DNA of 64,000 nucleotides from an uncultured delta proteobacterium (GTDB lineage Bacteria; Myxococcota; Myxococcia; Myxococcales; Anaeromyxobacteraceae): NCBI GenBank assembly GCA_963828255.1, contig CAWHDZ010000017.1, positions 64,001 to 128,000 on the forward strand. The letters run 5' to 3'. This document shows, piece after piece, positions 61,401 to 64,000 of the stretch (within the stretch, counting starts at the first letter, position 1; every line of letters begins with the position of its first letter). The notes beneath the pieces are model-generated. The model was given only the letters and a program-made list of their open reading frames with translations. It ran no database searches and had not been told where the DNA came from. The translations under genes were made by a program, and so were the position numbers.

Positions 61401-62381
61401 GTCCCGGTGGCCATCCCGTCCTGGCTTCCCACGGTGCTCACCGGAAAGCTGGAGGCCTTCGGATTGCTCGACGCCATGACGCTGGCCGGGACGCTGCGGG
61501 TGGTGTCGGCCCGCTACACCGAGCCCTTCGACCTCGACAAGCGGATGCTCCAGGTGCGCGCAGGGCCCGCCGCGCCGCCCCGCGCCTACGATCCCTCGGG
61601 GGAGTGGCTCCGCTTCGACATCCGCTTCCTGGTGGACGGCGACGCCCGCGTGGACAACGACCTGGTCCGGGGGCAGGCCCGCGGCGAGCTGCAGCTCACC
61701 GGGACCCTCGCCTCCATCGGCATGACCGGGAGCATTGCCTTCCTCCCCGGCGCCCGGGGATTCTACCGCGGCAACGAGTTCGTGCTCTCCCGGGCGGTGG
61801 CCGATTTCACCGACAGGAACCGGCTCCGCATGGTGCTCGACGTGACCGGCGAGGCCGCCCTCAAGGACTACCGGGTCTTCCTCCACGTCTACGGCGACCT
61901 CGACGACCTCAAGCTCCAGCTCACCAGCACGCCGGCCCTCTCGCAGCAGGACGTGATCACCCTGCTCTCACTCGGCTACACCAGCCGCGACGCCACGGTG
62001 GGGAGCAACCTGGGCGTGGCCGCCGGGACCGCCGCCGCACAGGCCCTGTTCGCGGTCTCGGGGCTCGACCAGCAGCTGCGCCGCTTCATGCCGCAGGGCG
62101 GCCTGCTCGAGGACGTGTCCGTCCGCCTCACCAGCGCCTACTCCAAGACCAGCCTCACCGTGGAGCCGCGCTGGGAGTTCGAGACCAAGGCCATGGAGGG
62201 CAAGCTGCGGGTGCGCTACCAGGCTCCGCTCTCCAACCAGTCCCGGGGCCAGAAGGCCCAGGTGGAGTATCGTCTCGGCGACCGGGCCAGCGTGCAGGCT
62301 CAGTGGGACAACGACAACACCGACGTCGCCGGAGGGGACCTGGGCGCCGACTTCAAGCTTCGCTGGGAGTGGAGCGATTGA
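58437..62381 (+). CDS. tamB: TamB/AsmA-like (DUF490) translocation and assembly module protein
   Basis: N-terminal TM anchor, long beta-rich body, C-terminal LTSTPALSQQDVITLL and beta-strand end FKLRWEW; precedes an Omp85 gene. Confidence 0.85.
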   Translation: MKRRIALGFLAFLAATIGGALWLASTPWAGRKLCDLATTKARQAAGVEVAVGACRVKPLRLAIELDEVRVGPLERPIFAADAVSVKIAPLQALSKTIALDEVSVVRPRVNLVLPPPVAGAKPAPCPPPLLQQFHLHRLQVEDGTASITLPGGEEILVGRVDVRSKSEWIPTDVESLVTGARRSRVTVQLGPTLIEAGGRQTLLDQGSLDADLAFDLSRLSIRDFGLEGEGVKVSAHGTVGNLCKPRLGLEITAQAPLPAIFSLARVRTPSSGSASVKLQVSGPAASPDAAGQLQLSGARIGPYTPGDARAAFRLRGNDLELSSVEVPFPNGAGIVARATVRLGASPTIVAEAESRQVEFAELLSRLGLTDARVMMKLDAKVKLSGPLSPLRLTGQVAVDAQDFRVIDRSWVMWKPGLETVLDLPRGRVEASVVVDEHGVEVLEGGKAIAGDAALGVRGTVSFEDARGFDLALDGGVDLTALRHIASVPMAGKGTFKGRAVATPYGPPRVEGALTVQGFHFLQLDLGEVTATALATPDLVLAIRDGVGRTAESSYTVETTIDLGSTPIRILPSQATARGRMRDLFDVVMPWLPAAKLFQDAIDGSVQLTMPFEGFVPKVNMAFQGTLGRGKLWGREFDWGRIGARVVEGEKAVIDETELHRGEAVARGKGTVHFESPSPWNLSMEFTGLSLDGLDLPGDGWSGTVDGDAEFGGTVDDPVIRFSATGDEVRAIGVPIGAVDAEGVLRGRRLELEAGTAGVKFRAIAQLTGAMPYEASADIDVEDLTRFLPGGPPAGLRAQAHGKASAKGNLEDVLESQARLELDRVRVGYADFRVGNKEPMVLTVVRQRMAVESFTLEGTNTEFTATGARARSGELDFTAAGTLDLRLLGGLLPGIVRTHGRLTLDAAVSGTLDEPMIVGGGRLAEAGFRFRELPIEFAGMAGELTFSQNLVLFERLASTVNGAPTQLRGEVGLQRFVPSQIRIEADLDRVPVAIPSWLPTVLTGKLEAFGLLDAMTLAGTLRVVSARYTEPFDLDKRMLQVRAGPAAPPRAYDPSGEWLRFDIRFLVDGDARVDNDLVRGQARGELQLTGTLASIGMTGSIAFLPGARGFYRGNEFVLSRAVADFTDRNRLRMVLDVTGEAALKDYRVFLHVYGDLDDLKLQLTSTPALSQQDVITLLSLGYTSRDATVGSNLGVAAGTAAAQALFAVSGLDQQLRRFMPQGGLLEDVSVRLTSAYSKTSLTVEPRWEFETKAMEGKLRVRYQAPLSNQSRGQKAQVEYRLGDRASVQAQWDNDNTDVAGGDLGADFKLRWEWSD

Positions 62382-64000
62382 GCCCGCTGGCGGTCCTCGC
62401 GGTGCTCCTGCTCCAGGCCGTCCCGGCTCCGGCTCGGGCCGGCTCTGCGGCGCCGGCGCGTCCGGTGGTGTCCGAGGTCGAGCTCCGCCTCCCGCCCGGC
62501 GAGGCCGCCGGGCCGCTCCTGCCCCTGGTCGCGGTGCGGGCCGGCCAGCCCCTCTCCCCGGACGCCACCCGGCGCACCGTCCAGGCCCTCTACCAGACCG
62601 GGAAGTTCGCCAACGTCGAGGTGGTCGCGTTCCCGGACGGGGGAACTCCCGCCGAACCCCGGGTCCGGGTGGAGGTCCGCTGCACCCCGCGGCGGGTGGC
62701 GGCCTCGGTGAAGGTCGATCCGGGGGCGGCGGTCCTCCCGGTGAGCGGAGAGGCGCTCCTCCAGGCCGCCGCCCTTCCCAAGGGGACCGAGATCTACCCG
62801 GGACGCCTCGAGGCGTCGGCCTCGGCCATGCAGGCGCTGCTGGCCCGGCACGGATACCGGCAGGCCCGGGTGACCCCGGTGCCGAAGGGCGAGACCCAGG
62901 TGGACGTGACCTTCGCCGTGGAGCCCGGCGCTCCCACCCGGGTCGCTTCCGTGGACCTCGGCCCCGACCCCGGACTTCCCGTGGAGACCCTGCGGGCCGC
63001 GGTCCGGACGGCCCCGGGCGAGGTCCTCGACGCGGACCAGCTCGACGCGGACCTGCGCGCGGTGAGGGAGGCCCTGCGAAGGGGCGGCTTCTACCGTGCC
63101 CGCGTCGATTCACCGAAGGTGACGATCGAGGGGGAGCGCGCCCGGATCGACTTCCCCGTGGAGGCCGGGCCCCTCTTCACCCTGCGGTTCGCGGGGGCCA
63201 CGCCCTTCGGCACGGAGCAGCTGCGCGCCTGGCTCGGCTACGAGGGGGACGTGCCCCTCGACGCCGGCACGCTCGAGGCGGCGGCCGAGCGCCTCCAGGA
63301 CTTCCTGGCGGCCTTCGGATTCTCCCGGGCACGGGTCTGGACCCAGGAGGAGACCGTGTCCGGTGGGGTCACCGTCTGGTTCCACATCGACACCGGCCGG
63401 GTGTACTGGCTCCGCGACGTTCGCTTCACGGGGGCGAGGGAGCGCGACGAGCGCTGGATGCGCGATCGGCTGGCGGAGGGCTTCCTGGTCGCGCCCCTGA
63501 TCGAGGCCGATCAGTGGCGGGCCCGGATGGACTCGCTCGCCTACCGCGCCGGGCTGGTCCCGCGCGACCCGGTCCCCTACCGGACCTCCGATCCCCGGAT
63601 GGTCTACAACGCCGAGGCCTGGAAGGTTGCGACGCAGCACGTGGCCGAGCAGTTCCGCCAGGACGGCTTCCTCGAGGCCACCGTCGAGGTGCGAAGGGTC
63701 TCCCTCGACACGGCGACCGGCACCGTGGACGTGGAACTTCGAATCCAGGAGGGGGTGCGCACCCTCGTGGAGGCGGTGGAGATCGAGGGCAATGGCGGCC
63801 TCGCCCAGGAGAACCTCCTGCGCCTGACGAAGATCGAGCCGGGGGACCCGCTCTCCCTGTCGAGGGTGGCGGCGGCGCGCCAGGCCATCCAGGACGCCTA
63901 CTTCCGGATCGGCCACGTGTACGCCCGGGCCGAGGCGAGCGAGGAGTTCGGGCCCGGACGGACCCGCGCCCGGGTCCGCTTCCTCATCGACGAGGGGCCG
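62378..64000 (+). CDS. Omp85 family (TamA/BamA-like) protein with multiple POTRA domains; 3' truncated by the window edge
   Basis: Open frame from TTG 62378: signal peptide, ALYQTGKFANVEV, GYRQARV, GFYRARV, and repeated V/I.EG POTRA ends (FLIDEGP). Confidence 0.85.
   Translation, partial: MSPLAVLAVLLLQAVPAPARAGSAAPARPVVSEVELRLPPGEAAGPLLPLVAVRAGQPLSPDATRRTVQALYQTGKFANVEVVAFPDGGTPAEPRVRVEVRCTPRRVAASVKVDPGAAVLPVSGEALLQAAALPKGTEIYPGRLEASASAMQALLARHGYRQARVTPVPKGETQVDVTFAVEPGAPTRVASVDLGPDPGLPVETLRAAVRTAPGEVLDADQLDADLRAVREALRRGGFYRARVDSPKVTIEGERARIDFPVEAGPLFTLRFAGATPFGTEQLRAWLGYEGDVPLDAGTLEAAAERLQDFLAAFGFSRARVWTQEETVSGGVTVWFHIDTGRVYWLRDVRFTGARERDERWMRDRLAEGFLVAPLIEADQWRARMDSLAYRAGLVPRDPVPYRTSDPRMVYNAEAWKVATQHVAEQFRQDGFLEATVEVRRVSLDTATGTVDVELRIQEGVRTLVEAVEIEGNGGLAQENLLRLTKIEPGDPLSLSRVAAARQAIQDAYFRIGHVYARAEASEEFGPGRTRARVRFLIDEGP

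Overview
Very GC-rich bacterial chromosomal segment. Gene content and order point to Myxococcota, probably Anaeromyxobacter-like (inference). The left third is mixed housekeeping and regulation: an M16 peptidase (partial), a HAMP histidine kinase, a PafB/PafC-like WYL regulator pair, an argC-argJ/argB(fused)-argR operon with an ARG box, tRNA-Leu(CAG), a DsbD-like reductase, iscS, a structured intergenic element, a 'half-TolC-like' gene coupled to an Ig/lamin-tail lipoprotein, nucleoside salvage genes and ribF. From 22.2 kb comes a complete type IVa pilus locus in myxobacterial style: pilB-T-C-S-R; an oppositely oriented pilA-pilG-pilI-fimU-pilV-pilW-pilX-pilY1 block; pilH; an inserted TMTC-like (GT-C + TPR) glycosyltransferase; pilD, pilS2/R2 and pilMNOPQ. 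It is followed by a lipoprotein, mglC-like, efp, accB, accC, sgmX-like, tamB and a partial Omp85/TamA gene. Seven frameshifts (argC, pilY1 x2, fimU, pilA, pilD, sgmX) are visible; most likely they are long-read indel errors. I saw no mobile elements or CRISPR arrays. The best candidates for undescribed biology are the single-repeat TolC-like protein with its Ig/LTD lipoprotein, the TMTC-like transferase inside the pilus locus, PafBC outside its actinobacterial context, the ArgJ-ArgB fusion and the structured element at about 14.9-15.1 kb. All protein calls come from motif recognition by eye; no searches were run.
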